This document shows positions 36,345 to 46,037 of a stretch of DNA of 64,000 nucleotides, in pieces (the first letter of the stretch is position 1; every line of letters starts with the position of its first letter). The notes beneath the pieces are model-generated. The model was not told where the DNA came from. It worked only from the letters and a program-made list of their open reading frames with translations, and searched no databases. The stretch covers positions 25,724 to 89,723 of the forward strand of contig CAMTUI010000023.1 in assembly GCA_947084985.1 (NCBI GenBank), given 5' to 3'. This stretch comes from Methanobacteriota archaeon (GTDB taxonomy: Archaea; Thermoplasmatota; Thermoplasmata; RBG-16-68-12). Position numbers and translations under genes: made by a program.

Positions 36345-37043
36345 TCAGGTGGCCCTCGGCCCCGCCTGTCCTCGCTGCACCCGCTCGATCAGCTCGCGGA
36401 CCGCTTCCGTGAGCCCGTACGCCTGCGCGCGTTCCTCGATCAACCGGATCGCCATCGCGGCGACCGCCGCGTTGCGGTCCTCTCCATCCAGCCATATCCG
36501 ACCGTTCTGGCCGACGTAAATCTGGCAGCGTGTCATGTCCTTGATCATCGAGACCATGCTCCCCTGCTTCCCGATCACGCGGGGCACTTTCGTCGGCGAG
36601 ACCTCCATCAGCATGCCGCCCTGGAGGCGGCGCGCCTCGCGGTCCGCCATCGTGAGCTGGACCCGCTTGATCTCGTCGACGCTGAGGACATGGCAAAGGA
36701 TCGCATCGCCCACTTTCAAGTAGCGTGCGGTGTCGCCGAACTCGACGCGCCACGGGCTCTCCGTGGCGTGAAGCGGCGCGGGATAAGGGGAATTGATGTC
36801 CACGAGCCAGTGAGATGGACCGAAATCTACGATCTCGCCGACGATCGCGTCGCCCGGTTGCGGGATGTACCGCCCGGCGAGGGGGATGACGCTTACCCGC
36901 CCGTCGCGCTCGGTTCGAACCCCGAGCTGCGCCGCGAAAATCTGTCCGTTGTCGCTGAACGTCCCGGATCCCGGTTTCAGCCCGGGGCCGCCGACGGCTT
37001 CGCCTGGAATGACAATCGGGCGAAGCGAGCCGCTACTCTGCAT
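36345..37043 (-). CDS. rrp4: Exosome complex RNA-binding protein Rrp4 (S1 + KH)
   Basis: [10 protein letters not shown]-terminus, S1 domain, and a KH segment ([21 protein letters not shown]). Confidence 0.85.
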   Translation of the reverse strand: MQSSGSLRPIVIPGEAVGGPGLKPGSGTFSDNGQIFAAQLGVRTERDGRVSVIPLAGRYIPQPGDAIVGEIVDFGPSHWLVDINSPYPAPLHATESPWRVEFGDTARYLKVGDAILCHVLSVDEIKRVQLTMADREARRLQGGMLMEVSPTKVPRVIGKQGSMVSMIKDMTRCQIYVGQNGRIWLDGEDRNAAVAAMAIRLIEERAQAYGLTEAVRELIERVQRGQAGPRAT

Positions 37044-37119
37044 TGGTTTTGCTCACACACGCGGCGCGTCCAAACGACGGGGGCTACTTGAGGTTTTGGG
37101 TGCGCGGTGCGCGGAGCCT

Positions 37120-37860
37120 TCAGACCCTCTGGTCCGCCTTCAGAATGCGGGTCTCGAGGTTCCCCTTCGTCTTTGCGTTCAGCCGCTCGAGGAACTCGGT
37201 CTGCATCCCAGCGGGCATCTCGACCACGCCGATCCACGCTCCGCTCGGCGACCACTCCTCCTTCAGAATCGAGCCGAAGGACTTGATGTCACCATAGCAC
37301 TTCGCGCTGTCCTCCGCGCTGAGCTTGACCGCGATGCGGGTCTTCTCGAAGCGAATCGGGATGAGCGGGCGGAGGGCATCGAGGACGTCCTTCACCTGCT
37401 CCTCGAGGCCCTTGAACGGATCCACGTGGACCTTCGCCTCCTCCATCGCGATCTCGATCCGCTGCGGGGGATGCGGCGTGCCCGTCTGCGGGTTAATCGC
37501 GTTCGCCGCGATGTACTGGACGATCTGCTTGCGCTTCGCCTCGAGCATCTGGCGGCGCTGTTCCGTCGTGAGCTGGATCTCCCCGCGAAGGATGATCTGC
37601 TTCGCGACCGCGAGCGGTTCCGTGGTCCCGAAGAGCTCCGCCATCTTCTCCTCGGAGGCTTTCGAGCCCTTGTGGGCGTCTCGGAAGATTTCGTCGATTG
37701 CGAGCTCCCGCAACAGGTCGACGTCTTTGCCGTCCCGCATCCGCTGCACGGCGTCGGGCTTCACGAGGACTTCGAACTTCTCGCCCGCCTTCTCGATACG
37801 CGCGACCACATATTCCTTGAAGATATCGTCGCGACGGTCCGTGCGGAGCTCCTTCGGCAT
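37120..37860 (-). CDS. sdo1: Ribosome maturation protein SDO1 (SBDS family)
   Basis: SBDS N-domain ([19 protein letters not shown]) and a C-terminal ferredoxin-like domain. Confidence 0.85.
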   Translation of the reverse strand: MPKELRTDRRDDIFKEYVVARIEKAGEKFEVLVKPDAVQRMRDGKDVDLLRELAIDEIFRDAHKGSKASEEKMAELFGTTEPLAVAKQIILRGEIQLTTEQRRQMLEAKRKQIVQYIAANAINPQTGTPHPPQRIEIAMEEAKVHVDPFKGLEEQVKDVLDALRPLIPIRFEKTRIAVKLSAEDSAKCYGDIKSFGSILKEEWSPSGAWIGVVEMPAGMQTEFLERLNAKTKGNLETRILKADQRV

Positions 37861-37868
37861 GACCTCGC

Positions 37869-38594
37869 CTAGGACGCCGTCGGGAGCCGGCGGAGATACT
37901 CGCCGACTTCCGGCTCGCTGAGGCGGCGGAACTTCTCCCCTTCGACGATCAGGCCGACCTCGATCGCTCGGGCATCGAGCTTCTCCCCCTCGGATGCCTT
38001 CTGGAGCGCCTCGAAGCCGAGGAGCATCGCGTCGTCCTGGGCCATGCCATCCTTATACTTCTCCTCGAGGAGCTCCATCACCGCCTGACGGCCCTGCCCG
38101 ATGCTGCCCGCCTTGTACGACACGAGCGCGCCGCTCGGGTCCGTCTCGAACAGGTGGGTGCCGAGGTCGTCCACGCCGGCGACGAGGAGCGCGGTCCCGA
38201 AGGGCCGCACGCCGCCGTACTGGGTGTAGTTCTGCTTGTAGTCGCAGATCCGTTTCACGAGGATGTCCACGCCGATTCGCTCGCTGTACGTGACCTTGTT
38301 GATCTGAGCGACGAGCCTGGCGTAGTCGACCAGGACCCGGGCGTCGGCGACGAGGCCCGAGGTGGCCGCGCCGACGTGCTCGTCGATCTGGAAGATCTTC
38401 TCGATGGACGAGGTCTCGACGAGCCTGGACCCGATCTTCTTGTCGGCCAGGAGGACGATCCCGTTCTTGAACTTCAGGCCGACTGTGGTGTTCCCGCGAG
38501 TCACGGCGACGCGCGCGTATTCGACCTGGAACAAGCGACCGTCGGGACTGAAGACCGTAATCGCCCGGTCATAGGCCATCTGGCCCGGCTGCAT
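37869..38594 (-). CDS. psmA: Proteasome subunit alpha
   Basis: [21 protein letters not shown] alpha-subunit signature. Confidence 0.9.
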   Translation of the reverse strand: MQPGQMAYDRAITVFSPDGRLFQVEYARVAVTRGNTTVGLKFKNGIVLLADKKIGSRLVETSSIEKIFQIDEHVGAATSGLVADARVLVDYARLVAQINKVTYSERIGVDILVKRICDYKQNYTQYGGVRPFGTALLVAGVDDLGTHLFETDPSGALVSYKAGSIGQGRQAVMELLEEKYKDGMAQDDAMLLGFEALQKASEGEKLDARAIEVGLIVEGEKFRRLSEPEVGEYLRRLPTAS

Positions 38595-38626
38595 ATGATA
38601 AACCTCGCGGGCGCCTAATAAGGCGG

Positions 38627-38956
38627 TCACTTAAAAGGTTTGTTTTCTGACTCACGCGTTGGACGACGCCGCGGCGTGAGGAACTTCCGGGTCGCGGCGC
38701 GGATCGTGCCCGAGGTGCCAATCGTGACCAACCGTATGCGTTCCCCGCCGACCGTCTCGATGGCCCGGAGGGCCTGGATCGCCTCGTCCTTCTCGACGTT
38801 CGTCGTTCGGACGAGGCCTAGGGTCCCGTCGAACTCCACGAGCCAGAGGCGACCGGGTGCCGTGCGTAGGGCGGCCGACATCTCGGTCCGCTGGAACGAC
38901 CGGGGACCCTCGACCCGGATTGCGATGTAGCGGTTCCGCGGCGGCCTAGGGCTCAC
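38627..38956 (-). CDS. rnp2: RNase P protein component 2 (Pop5/Rpp14 family)
   Basis: RYIAIRVEG...LWLVEFDGTLGLVRT pattern. Canonical position at the head of the exosome superoperon. Confidence 0.6.
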   Translation of the reverse strand: MSPRPPRNRYIAIRVEGPRSFQRTEMSAALRTAPGRLWLVEFDGTLGLVRTTNVEKDEAIQALRAIETVGGERIRLVTIGTSGTIRAATRKFLTPRRRPTRESENKPFK

Positions 38957-39010
38957 GCTCGCGACAAGAGAAGGAACAAGAAAAAGGTTGGGGATAAAAA
39001 GAGGAGGAGG

Positions 39011-40147
39011 TCAGTGTACTTCGTCCACATCGGAGGAGGTCCGCACCGGACCTGTGTAGACCTCCTTGCCGAGCAAGGCTTTCGACCGGACGCCCGTGAT
39101 CACGAGGAGCACCCGGACCGTGTTCTGCAGACTGTCGTCGACGGTACAGCCCCAGATGATCCGCGCCTGGGGGTTGATCTTCTGTCCGACAACCTCCGCG
39201 GCCCGCTCCGCCTCGGACACCGTGAGGTCGGGGCCGCCGACGACGCGCACGAGCGCTCCGCGGGCGTGGGTCAGGTCGACCTCGCCAAGCAGCGGCGATT
39301 CGAGCGCCTCGTTGATCGCGTACTCGATCCGGTCCCGCTCTTCCTCGCTCTCGCCGATGCCGATCATCGCGACCCCGCCGCCCTTCATTATCGTCATCAG
39401 GTCGGCGTAGTCGAGGTTGACCAGACCGGGCTTCGTGATGATCTCCGTCATGCCCTTGATCGACTGCATGAGGATCTCATCCGCGACCTTGAAAGCGGCG
39501 TTGATCGGGAGCCGGGGGACGAGCTCGAGCAGCTTGTCGTTGTAAATCACGATCGTCGTGTCGCAGAACTTGCGGAGCTTGTCGAGGCCGGCCTCGGCGT
39601 TTTCCATGCGGATTCGGCCTTCCGACTTGAAGGGCATCGTGACCACGCCCATCGTGAGAGCGCCCTCTTCCTTCGCGACGCGGGCGACGTACTGTGCGGA
39701 GCCCGTGCCGGTCCCGCCGCCCAGGCCCGCGGTGATGAAGACGACGTGGGCCCCGCGGAGGAAATCGCGGATCTCCTCCTCGCTCTCGCGGGCCGCCTGC
39801 TCTCCTACCTCCGGCAGGGCGCCGGCCCCGAGGCCCTTCGTGAGCCGCTTCCCGATTAGGATCTTCTTTGCCGCGTGCACGGAGAGGAGGTGCTTCGCGT
39901 CCGTGTTCACGGCGCACATCTGCGCGCCCGTGACCCCGGCCTCCGCGCATCGGCTAATCGTGTTCGATCCGCCGCCGCCGCAGCCGACGATCTTGATCGA
40001 GACGTTGATCAGTTCGACGATCTTCTCGATCTCTTCGTCTTGTTCGGATACCTTCTTCGTCTCCGGCTTTGACTTCGCGGCCTGTTTCTTGTCCTGCTCT
40101 TCGGCCTCGGCGTGTCGGGCCAGAGCCTCGTTGAGAAGCGATTTCAT
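39011..40147 (-). CDS. ftsZ: Cell division protein FtsZ
   Basis: GGGTGTG tubulin signature, NTDAKHL, a C-terminal acidic tail. Confidence 0.9.
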   Translation of the reverse strand: MKSLLNEALARHAEAEEQDKKQAAKSKPETKKVSEQDEEIEKIVELINVSIKIVGCGGGGSNTISRCAEAGVTGAQMCAVNTDAKHLLSVHAAKKILIGKRLTKGLGAGALPEVGEQAARESEEEIRDFLRGAHVVFITAGLGGGTGTGSAQYVARVAKEEGALTMGVVTMPFKSEGRIRMENAEAGLDKLRKFCDTTIVIYNDKLLELVPRLPINAAFKVADEILMQSIKGMTEIITKPGLVNLDYADLMTIMKGGGVAMIGIGESEEERDRIEYAINEALESPLLGEVDLTHARGALVRVVGGPDLTVSEAERAAEVVGQKINPQARIIWGCTVDDSLQNTVRVLLVITGVRSKALLGKEVYTGPVRTSSDVDEVH

Positions 40148-40276
40148 TGTGCCATCCCATCCCGATGGAATCTGACGGACGGACGAATCGAGATGGGGGT
40201 ATTTAAAAGTAGTCATACACTTGTCTGACAAACCCCGCGTTGACATTCCGCGCGACCGGATCGCGCGGATGGACGG

Positions 40277-41053
40277 TCACAGCGCGGCGGCAGTCTTCGC
40301 GGACGAGAGGACGCTGACCCCGGCGTTCGTGATCTCGAACGGGTACACGGACTCGTCGTGGCTCGAGCCCTTGTACTTCTCCACGGAGATGAAGCGCTTG
40401 ATGCCGCCCTCGTCGCGGAGCTTGTGCAGGCGGATCTCCCCTCGTGCGAGGAACGCCTCCGGAGGGACCTCGCCCTCCTCCGGCAGCTCGAGGATCAGGA
40501 GGGACGTCAGCTTGGCCTCCGCGAGGTATCGCATGAACGACTGCGTCGTCACGGCTTCCTCGAACTCCCGCATGCAGAAGTACCGCAAGGCGGTCATCGA
40601 ATCGATCACGACGCGCTCGTAGTTCTTCTTCACGAAGAGGTTCTTGAGGAGCTGCTGCAGCGAGTGGACCGTGACCTCCTTGCTCTCGAAGTCCGGCGTC
40701 TTGCGGATCCGCTCGTTCAGGGCCCGCATCTTCGCAGGCTCCTCCTCCGTCGAGATTTCGAGGATCGGGGTGGGCTCGAAGCGCCGGATGTCCGAGTTCG
40801 CGTCGAGCACGTCGAGGTCGTCGAGGTTCCAGCGGAACGAGCGCATGTTGATCTTCAGCTCGTTCGGCGGCTCCTCCAGGGCGACGAAGAGGCAGCGTTC
40901 CCCGCCCTCCAGGCCTTCCCGCAGGAACTGCATCGAGAAGATCGTCTTGCCCGCGCCCGGCGGGCCCGAGAGGATGTACGGCCGCCCGGGCAGCAATCCG
41001 CCGTGGAGCATCTTGTCCATACCCGGGACGCCCGTTCGGATCTTGCCCGACAT
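40277..41053 (-). CDS. KaiC-like RecA-superfamily ATPase (258 aa)
   Basis: GVPGMDKMLHGGL, Walker A GPPGAGKT, VVIDSMTAL. Its ATG shares 1 nt with the stop of the upstream KaiC-like gene. Confidence 0.8.
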   Translation of the reverse strand: MSGKIRTGVPGMDKMLHGGLLPGRPYILSGPPGAGKTIFSMQFLREGLEGGERCLFVALEEPPNELKINMRSFRWNLDDLDVLDANSDIRRFEPTPILEISTEEEPAKMRALNERIRKTPDFESKEVTVHSLQQLLKNLFVKKNYERVVIDSMTALRYFCMREFEEAVTTQSFMRYLAEAKLTSLLILELPEEGEVPPEAFLARGEIRLHKLRDEGGIKRFISVEKYKGSSHDESVYPFEITNAGVSVLSSAKTAAAL

Positions 41054-42141
41054 CAGCGGACGACCTCCGGAGGCTTGGGCGGCGCCGTGGCGGGGGGCGG
41101 GGGCGGCACCGTGCCGAGGCGCTGCTTCAGGTCGGAGTCGCACGTGAGGGCGAGCTTCATCGCCTTCTGGTAGTGCCGCCGCTGGAAGTGGAGCATCGCG
41201 CGGGAGAGGGACACCTCGACGTCCTTTACAGGGATCTGCCGGCGGTGGGCCTCTTCGATCCCGCGCATGACCGCCTCGACCAGGTTCGAGACCTCGTCGA
41301 TGATCCGCGCCTCGAGGAGGGACTCGACCGGCTTCGGACCCTGCTGTCCGGTGTGGGCCTGGGCGACCGCATCGACATGGACGACCATGCCCTTCGACAC
41401 GATCGACACGGGGCGCATCTGGTCGTCGAACGACGATCCGCGGAACTTCTCGATCGACAACGCGCGGCGGATCATGCTGCCGTCGAGCCACTTGTGCAAC
41501 CGGATCTCCCCGCGAGCGAGGAAGAACTCCGTCTCGAGGGTGCGCCGATCGAGGTGCTCGGACACGATGAGGCTCGTCGCCTCGAGCTCGGAGAGAAACC
41601 GCAGGAACGATTGGATCAGGATGCGGCTGTCCTGGCCCCCCATCGAGAACATCTTCAGGGCGGTCATCGAATCGATGACGATCCGCTTGTACCGCTGCTT
41701 CGTCCGCTCGAGATGCCCGAAGAACTCCTGTTTGATCATCTTCTGCACGCTGTGCACGTTGACCTCGAGGGCCCGGATCTGCGACGACTGCCGGATCTCC
41801 GTGACCTGTTCCATGTCCCTCACGTCGAGGGACGTACCGACGTCGATCACGGACCGCGTGCGCTTGTGCGCGCGCACGTCCGGCGTCGCGTCGAGGATCT
41901 TGAGGCGGTCCAGGTTCCATCCGAACGAGGCCATGTTCGACTTCACGTCGATCGGTGGCTCGTCCAGGGTCACGAGCAAGCAAGGCTCCTGCTGCTGGAG
42001 GCCCTCCAGGAGGAAGTGGGCCGCGAGGATCGTCTTGCCGCTCCCCGTCGGACCCGAGATGATGTATGGACGGGCGGGTAGGAGGCCCCCTTGGAGCATG
42101 GCATCCAAACCCGCGACGCCGGTCTTCACGCGATCCATCAA
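41053..42141 (-). CDS. KaiC-like RecA-superfamily ATPase with ~110-aa helical, Pro-rich C-terminal extension
   Basis: GVAGLDAMLQGGL, GPTGSGKT, IVIDSMTAL. C-terminal ...PPPPPATAPPKPPEVVR. Confidence 0.8.
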   Translation of the reverse strand: MMDRVKTGVAGLDAMLQGGLLPARPYIISGPTGSGKTILAAHFLLEGLQQQEPCLLVTLDEPPIDVKSNMASFGWNLDRLKILDATPDVRAHKRTRSVIDVGTSLDVRDMEQVTEIRQSSQIRALEVNVHSVQKMIKQEFFGHLERTKQRYKRIVIDSMTALKMFSMGGQDSRILIQSFLRFLSELEATSLIVSEHLDRRTLETEFFLARGEIRLHKWLDGSMIRRALSIEKFRGSSFDDQMRPVSIVSKGMVVHVDAVAQAHTGQQGPKPVESLLEARIIDEVSNLVEAVMRGIEEAHRRQIPVKDVEVSLSRAMLHFQRRHYQKAMKLALTCDSDLKQRLGTVPPPPPATAPPKPPEVVR

Positions 42142-42234
42142 ACGGCCTGCCGCGACCGCATCGACCCGGTCCCACCACGATAAACGTTGCGTCGTGAGAA
42201 TCAGGCCAGGGTCGTCCGCACTCCGAGGGAATCC

Positions 42235-42258
42235 GGTTAACCTTGAACAAGGTTAACT
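42235..42258. promoter_or_regulatory. 24-bp near-perfect palindrome GGTTAACCTTG-AA-CAAGGTTAAC about 95 nt upstream of the tandem KaiC-like operon
   Basis: Arms are reverse complements (10/11). Lies within a 390-bp intergenic region. Confidence 0.4.
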
Positions 42259-42534
42259 CGTTGCGGTCGCGTGAGTCGACCGCATGGCCTCGATGGAAAA
42301 CGCCGCCTGTCCGAGCCTCGGCCGGATAGCGGGGGATGGAAATCCCGGGTCCGAGGCGTGTCCTCGCAGCCCTTTTGAACCATCGATCTCCGGGTGTCTC
42401 ACCGGGGACCTGGGCGTCCCGAGCTATGAGCCCGACGGGATATCCTGGCTACCCCACCCCGCTGCGTGGCGGCGGCGCGGAAGGCGGTTGACCGTCCGCA
42501 TTGGACCGTGTCGGATAAACCTATCGCGCGGCAT

Positions 42535-42864
42535 TCAGAAGAACTTCCGAAATCGCGCGAGGTCCTCGAGACTCCCCTTCAGCTTGATGCGGCCCGTCGC
42601 ATATGCCTTGAACGGACCGATCTCGCGGAGGATGAGCGAGCGCAGCGTTTCGCGGTCCGTGAGGATCGTGATGGCCGGGTTGTCGACGCCGCCATCCATG
42701 AGGCCGGCGACCTTCTGGTCCTTCAGCGTGAAGTGATATCTCGTGCCGTCCTTGAGGTCGATCAGCACGGTCTTCGTGAGATCTCCGAGCTCCGCGCGCA
42801 GGGCCGGGTCCGCCGCGACCTTCGCGTTGAACTTGTGGATGAGATCCTCCAGCAATTCCTTCAT
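42535..42864 (-). CDS. SCP-2 sterol-transfer family protein
   Basis: Resembles SCP2 domain (DLTKTVLIDLKDGTRYHFTL, GRIKLKGSLEDL). Start taken at MKELLEDL. Confidence 0.6.
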   Translation of the reverse strand: MKELLEDLIHKFNAKVAADPALRAELGDLTKTVLIDLKDGTRYHFTLKDQKVAGLMDGGVDNPAITILTDRETLRSLILREIGPFKAYATGRIKLKGSLEDLARFRKFF

Positions 42865-43517
42865 TCCTTGACACCGCCGAACTCGTCGAGCTTGCGATTC
42901 CGCGACTCCGCGAGCAGCCGCCGGGCGGTGTCCCACGAGGTCCGGGTGTGGGGCGGCAGAGACCCCGTCTCCCTAATCCACTTTTCCAGGAATGCAATCG
43001 TGTCCGCGTCCGCGGGATAGCCGGAGCCGACGGGCACGCCGAACTCCTCACCGATCGCGCGCATCTCGCGATCCCGCCGGACCTTCGCGAGGATCGACGC
43101 CGCGCTGACGACAGGAAAGAGCTCGTCCGCGTTGTGCTGGGACACGACCTCGACGTCGAAGGGGATCTCCCGGAGCACGGCCTTCTTGAATTCGATCTCG
43201 TCGACGTCCGCCGCGTCGACGTACGCCGTCTCCGGGTGGAGCGCCTCGATGATTGACGCGAAGAGCTTCGCCTCGAAGTCGTTGAGGGACATCTCCGCGC
43301 GCATCACGTCGATCCGCTCCGCCGGTATCACGATCAGCTCGTACTTGCATAGGCGCTCGATCTCCGGCGCCATGGCCTCCCGCCGTTCCGGCGTGAGCTT
43401 CTTTGAGTCCCGGACGTTCAGCTGGCGCAGGGCCACGTCGGATTCGACGCCCACGCCCGCGACGACGAGCGGACCAAGGACGGGACCGCGGCCCGCTTCA
43501 TCGACGCCGACAATCAC
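42861..43517 (-). CDS. rnhB: Ribonuclease HII
   Basis: MIVGVDEAGRGPVLGPLVVAGV N-terminus; SKKL. Confidence 0.9.
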   Translation of the reverse strand: MIVGVDEAGRGPVLGPLVVAGVGVESDVALRQLNVRDSKKLTPERREAMAPEIERLCKYELIVIPAERIDVMRAEMSLNDFEAKLFASIIEALHPETAYVDAADVDEIEFKKAVLREIPFDVEVVSQHNADELFPVVSAASILAKVRRDREMRAIGEEFGVPVGSGYPADADTIAFLEKWIRETGSLPPHTRTSWDTARRLLAESRNRKLDEFGGVKE

Positions 43518-43520
43518 TCC

Positions 43521-44810
43521 TCACACCCCGTATAGTTCGTGCGCGGTCTCCTGCGCCCTCGCGATGACGTCCCCCTCGTCCACGGTCCGCACGACGCCCC
43601 CGGCCATGAGCACATGGCCATCGACAATCGTCGCTTGGACATCGCTCCCCCGGGCGGCGTAGACGAGGTGGCTCAACACGTTGTCCGGATAAAAAGGAGT
43701 CGTGTGTGCGCCCCGTAACGACACGACGGCGAGGTCCGCGCGCTTTCCCACCTCGATCGAGCCGAGGTCGCGGTCCACGCCGAGGCCCTTCGCGGACCCG
43801 ATCGTCGCAAGGTCAAGCGCGGTCTGCGCGGGGACCGCGCGGGCATCCCATCGGGTCGCTTTGTGTAGGAGTGCGGCGACTTTCATTTCCGCGAAGAGGT
43901 CCATCCCGTTGTTCGAGATCGGGGAGTCGGTCCCGAGGCCGACCGGCACACCCTCCTGGAGCATTTCCGGGACTGGCGCGACGCCTCCCGAGGCGAGCTT
44001 CATGTTCGAGACGGGACAGTGGGCCACGGACACGCCATGGCGTGCGAGGGTCCGCACCTCGTTCATCGTCAACCAAACGCCGTGCGCTGCCGTCACGCGG
44101 TCGCCGAGGAAGCCGATCTTTTCGAGCCATTCCACGGGCCGCAGTCCGGTCTTCTTCCGATGGCCCTCGACTTCTCCCCGGGTCTCGGATAGATGCGTGT
44201 GGAGCCTCACCCCGTGCGTCGCCGCGATCTCCTTCGCCCTGGCGTACGTTTCCTCGGATGCCACGTAGACGCCCTGGACGCCGACGGATGGGGTGACGAG
44301 CGGGTCTCCCTTATGCCTCGAGACGAAGTGGTCCGCGTTCTTCAGCGGACTCCCGTGCTGCGTCGTGAACGCCTCGTCTAGGGTGACCCAGGACAGGAAG
44401 CCCCGCATGCCGGACTCGCGCACGGCGCGGGCGACCTCGTCCTCCCAGTAGAAGAGGTCGTGCACGCTCGTCGTGCCCGAGCGAATCATCTCGACGCACG
44501 CGAGGAGCGCGCCGATCTGCACGTCCCGCCGCGTGAGCTTCGCGTCGATCGCAAACGCCTTCTCGAGCATCTGCTCGAGCGGCACGTCGTCCGCGACGCC
44601 GCGGAGGAGCGTATTCGCGACGTGATGATGCAGGTTGATCAGGCCGGGGATGACCGCGCACCTGCCGCAATCGATGATCTCGTCGGCCGAGGCGTCGACC
44701 TGCCCGACCGCGGAGATCCGGCCGCCTTCAACGAGCACGTCCCCTGAGAGGATCCGCCGCTCCGGGCCCTGGGTGACGATGAGACCGCCGCGCAGAAGGA
44801 CCGAGGACAT
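43521..44810 (-). CDS. Amidohydrolase, 5-methylthioadenosine/S-adenosylhomocysteine deaminase (chlorohydrolase) family
   Basis: PGLINLHHH metal-binding motif, HTHLSET, GLGTDS. Confidence 0.8.
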   Translation of the reverse strand: MSSVLLRGGLIVTQGPERRILSGDVLVEGGRISAVGQVDASADEIIDCGRCAVIPGLINLHHHVANTLLRGVADDVPLEQMLEKAFAIDAKLTRRDVQIGALLACVEMIRSGTTSVHDLFYWEDEVARAVRESGMRGFLSWVTLDEAFTTQHGSPLKNADHFVSRHKGDPLVTPSVGVQGVYVASEETYARAKEIAATHGVRLHTHLSETRGEVEGHRKKTGLRPVEWLEKIGFLGDRVTAAHGVWLTMNEVRTLARHGVSVAHCPVSNMKLASGGVAPVPEMLQEGVPVGLGTDSPISNNGMDLFAEMKVAALLHKATRWDARAVPAQTALDLATIGSAKGLGVDRDLGSIEVGKRADLAVVSLRGAHTTPFYPDNVLSHLVYAARGSDVQATIVDGHVLMAGGVVRTVDEGDVIARAQETAHELYGV

Positions 44811-44872
44811 CGTAGCCCGGTCGATGGAGGGCTGATTAGAAAGGTTTTGCGGGAAGGCGCGGATACGTACTC

Positions 44873-45817
44873 GTGGATCCCGACTTTGACACTGCGCTGA
44901 CGACGTGCCTGCGTCGAGTTCCGCGCGGACAGGTCGCGACGTGCGGCGTCGTCGCAAAGGCGCTCGGAGACGTTCGCGCGGCCCGAGCGGTCGCCGAGTG
45001 GCTCGCGGTCCGACCGCGCGTAGAGGGAGCGCATCGGATCGTCCGGGCGGATGGAAAGCCCGTGGTCCCGAGTGCGATCACGATCCTGCGCAAGGAAGGA
45101 GCCCGGATCTCGCGCGATCTCGTTCGCGAGGACGCCTTCCTTGACCGACTGCCCGCGGTTCCTTTGCTGGGAGCACTCCGGGAGGAGCAGCGACGACTAT
45201 CGATGAAGGTCCGGGGGGACGACGACTTCCCGTCGCTCGATCGGATCGCGGGCGTGGACGTCGCGTATTCGGGCGACCGGATGTACGCGGCGGCGGTCTG
45301 TCTTCGGACGCGAGATCTGACCCTGCTCGAGGTCGTCCATATTGAGCTGCGAGCGAGCTTTCCTTACATTCCAACCTATCTCGCGTATCGCGAGTTCCCC
45401 GGAATTGCGGCCGCAGTCTCCCGTCTCTCGACTCGACCGGACGTCCTTCTGATCGACGGACACGGCCGCCTGCACCCCGCGCGGTTCGGCGTCGCGTGCC
45501 ATGTTGGAGTCCGACTCGACGTTCCCGCGATCGGCGTCGCGAAGCACTCGCTCGTCGGGAAACCGAGCCGCGAGCCCGCGTCGAGCGGTGCGATCCCGAT
45601 CGGGCTCGAAGGTCGGACCGAAGGATACGCGTGGGTCCCGCCGGGTCGCGCTCGAGCGATCTACGTGTCCGTGGGACATCGGATTTCCCTGGAGAGGGCA
45701 TTGTCCGTCGTACAGCGCGCGACGGTTCAGGGATATCCTGAGCCTCTTCGCCTTGCAGATCGGATGTCGAAAGAAAGGAAGCATATGGAAAAACGGAAAA
45801 AGGGTGCAAAGCGGTAA
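44873..45817 (+). CDS. nfi: Fusion protein: MGMT-like DNA-binding domain + endonuclease V
   Basis: N-terminal ~90 aa resemble the MGMT C-terminal wHTH (VPRGQVATCGVVAKALG), without an obvious PCHR active site. C-terminal EndoV motifs (AGVDVAY, LLIDGHGRLHPARFGVACHVGV). Confidence 0.75.
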   Translation: MDPDFDTALTTCLRRVPRGQVATCGVVAKALGDVRAARAVAEWLAVRPRVEGAHRIVRADGKPVVPSAITILRKEGARISRDLVREDAFLDRLPAVPLLGALREEQRRLSMKVRGDDDFPSLDRIAGVDVAYSGDRMYAAAVCLRTRDLTLLEVVHIELRASFPYIPTYLAYREFPGIAAAVSRLSTRPDVLLIDGHGRLHPARFGVACHVGVRLDVPAIGVAKHSLVGKPSREPASSGAIPIGLEGRTEGYAWVPPGRARAIYVSVGHRISLERALSVVQRATVQGYPEPLRLADRMSKERKHMEKRKKGAKR

Positions 45818-45864
45818 TGCGCTAGGGCGCATCATCCCGCAAGGGTTGCTTGGGCAAGCGATCT

Positions 45865-45898
45865 ATCTCTTCTTTTTCTTGCCCTTCTTCCCTTTCTT
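45865..45898 (+). terminator. Pyrimidine/T-rich tract downstream of the nfi fusion gene (archaeal oligo-T terminator candidate)
   Basis: ctcttctttttcttgcccttcttccctttcttgg begins 48 nt after the stop codon. Confidence 0.45.
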
Positions 45899-46037
45899 GG
45901 CCACTGGGTTCCTCCCGGTCAACGGTATGGTATCGAGACCTTTTAAAAGTAGCGAACGTCGTCGAAAATCGCACTTTTTCAAAAATATAAAAATCGAACG
46001 ATGCGAAAACGGCTCCGAAACTGTTTTTTCCACGTCG

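Noticed and set aside
40277-42250. 657-aa ORF on the minus strand
   Set aside because: The N-terminal ~400 aa are an out-of-frame Arg-rich read through the neighbouring KaiC-like gene. The real product starts at ATG 41053 (258 aa).
42290-42330. RNase P RNA P4-like string GGGGGATGGAAATCCCGGGTCCGAGG in the 390-bp intergenic region
   Set aside because: It resembles CR-I (GGAAAGUCCGGGCUCC) only loosely. No ACAGAA..GGCUUA (CR-V) partner is present on either strand within range, so it was not called as an RNase P RNA.
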